From: Macrostomum hystrix
Lineage: Eukaryota; Animalia; Platyhelminthes
Reading direction: 5' to 3'
Assembly (NCBI GenBank): GCA_950097015.1
Contig: CATNEN010000039.1
Location: 3,038,001 to 3,102,000, forward strand
DNA length: 64,000 nucleotides
Shown: one piece after another, positions 63,072 through 64,000 of the stretch
Numbering within the stretch: the stretch's first letter is position 1
How the letters are laid out: each line of letters begins with the position of its first letter
Program-made: the position numbers and the translations under genes
The notes under the pieces: generated by a model
Seen by the model: the letters and a program-made list of their open reading frames with translations, nothing else
Told to the model about the DNA's origin: nothing
Databases searched by the model: none

Positions 63072-63914
63072 TCAGACATATTGCACGTCCGTTTGGCACT
63101 CAGCAGCATCGGCAGCCAGATTCGTCTGCTCAGATGGGAAAAATCCGCGGTAGAGATCACCAACCAGCTCGGAGGTGAAGACCTCACCAGCATTGATTTG
63201 CATCAGGTGCAGCAGAAAAATGCCATTGGTGCCGAGGAAGTCTTTGTCCAGCTTGCACAGCTGATTGCGCTTCTGCTGAGAGGAACAAAGGTGACTGTCA
63301 ATTCTGCCAAACCCTAAGCACACACACGCTCCCAGAAATATAGACAAACGCACACTGTCCTCGCCTCAGATAAGAACTTTGGACCCATGGTGCAAAAGAG
63401 GAAATCGATACCGCCCATGCATTCAAAACCACTACAACTGAATTAGTCGACAATAAAAGTAAATATTCACCAAAAACCTGTCACTAACCTGTTTTTTGGA
63501 ATCTCCCAGGTGGCACTTGTTAAGCAAAGCGTGCTTAGCCAAAAACTTTTGCCTACATAGTGTCAATCTGTAGATCCACAGCAGTAGACTCAATGCGTTA
63601 ATTGACAGCACTATTGGAAAGTAGATGCTCAACAGAAGGACCACCTTCTCAGTCAGCACATTTGTTGATATTGTGCAGTAGGATAAAATTGATTGCAAGC
63701 TCGTCACTTCCTGGTAAGTTAGCTTGCAAAGTCCGACGCTGGAAAACAGGAACGTTGACAGATCAAAGTGTGAGGGACGTTTTTCACTTTATAATTCAAT
63801 ACTAAGTTTAACTGAGAAGTTACTAATAAGCCTGAAATACCTGGGAAGAGCGGTCCCGTTCCAGTAGGACCACAGCGTCATCTCCAGGCCAAAGAATTGT
63901 CGCAGAATACTTAA
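63072..63914 (-). CDS. Divergent innexin, 3' exons only
   Basis: Exons 63914-63841, 63786-63489, 63275-63072. FSSVGLC...YCTISTNVLTEKVVLLLSIYF...SLLLWIYR...FLGTNGIFLLHLMQINAGEVFTSELVGDLY aligns by eye to innexin FPRVTLC...QCVL.IN..NEKIF...DG.F.L......AG. Confidence 0.72.
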
Positions 63915-64000
63915 CTACAATAGCAAACAGTGAAACAGCCATTTCCATCCTAATACATTACATCACTTGCGAGTAATTTAGATAAATAAATAAAATTGAA

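Overview
Eukaryotic (animal) genomic DNA with GC-rich spliced exons and introns packed with unrelated minisatellites (about 19 kb of the window). The style suggests a free-living flatworm such as Macrostomum; this is inference. Genes in order: 3' portion of a divergent IP3-receptor-like channel (+), M6/proteolipid protein (-), tetraspanin (-), a calcineurin-B/CHP-like EF-hand protein fused to a death domain (+), a small secreted prepropeptide candidate (-), an Arrowhead/Lhx6/8 LIM-homeobox gene (-), DRG1 GTPase (-), a secreted PAN/apple + fibrinogen-domain protein (+), and the 3' end of a divergent innexin (-). Mobile and RNA elements: a very young non-autonomous LTR element (matching 351-bp LTRs, 5-bp TSD, tRNA-Lys PBS, internal array of hairpin repeats), two tRNA-derived SINE families, several MITE/hAT remnants, and a minimal type I hammerhead ribozyme motif (-). 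Gene models were built by eye from splice signals and remembered family motifs; no database searches were run. Most long ORFs in the supplied track are artefacts of tandem repeats.
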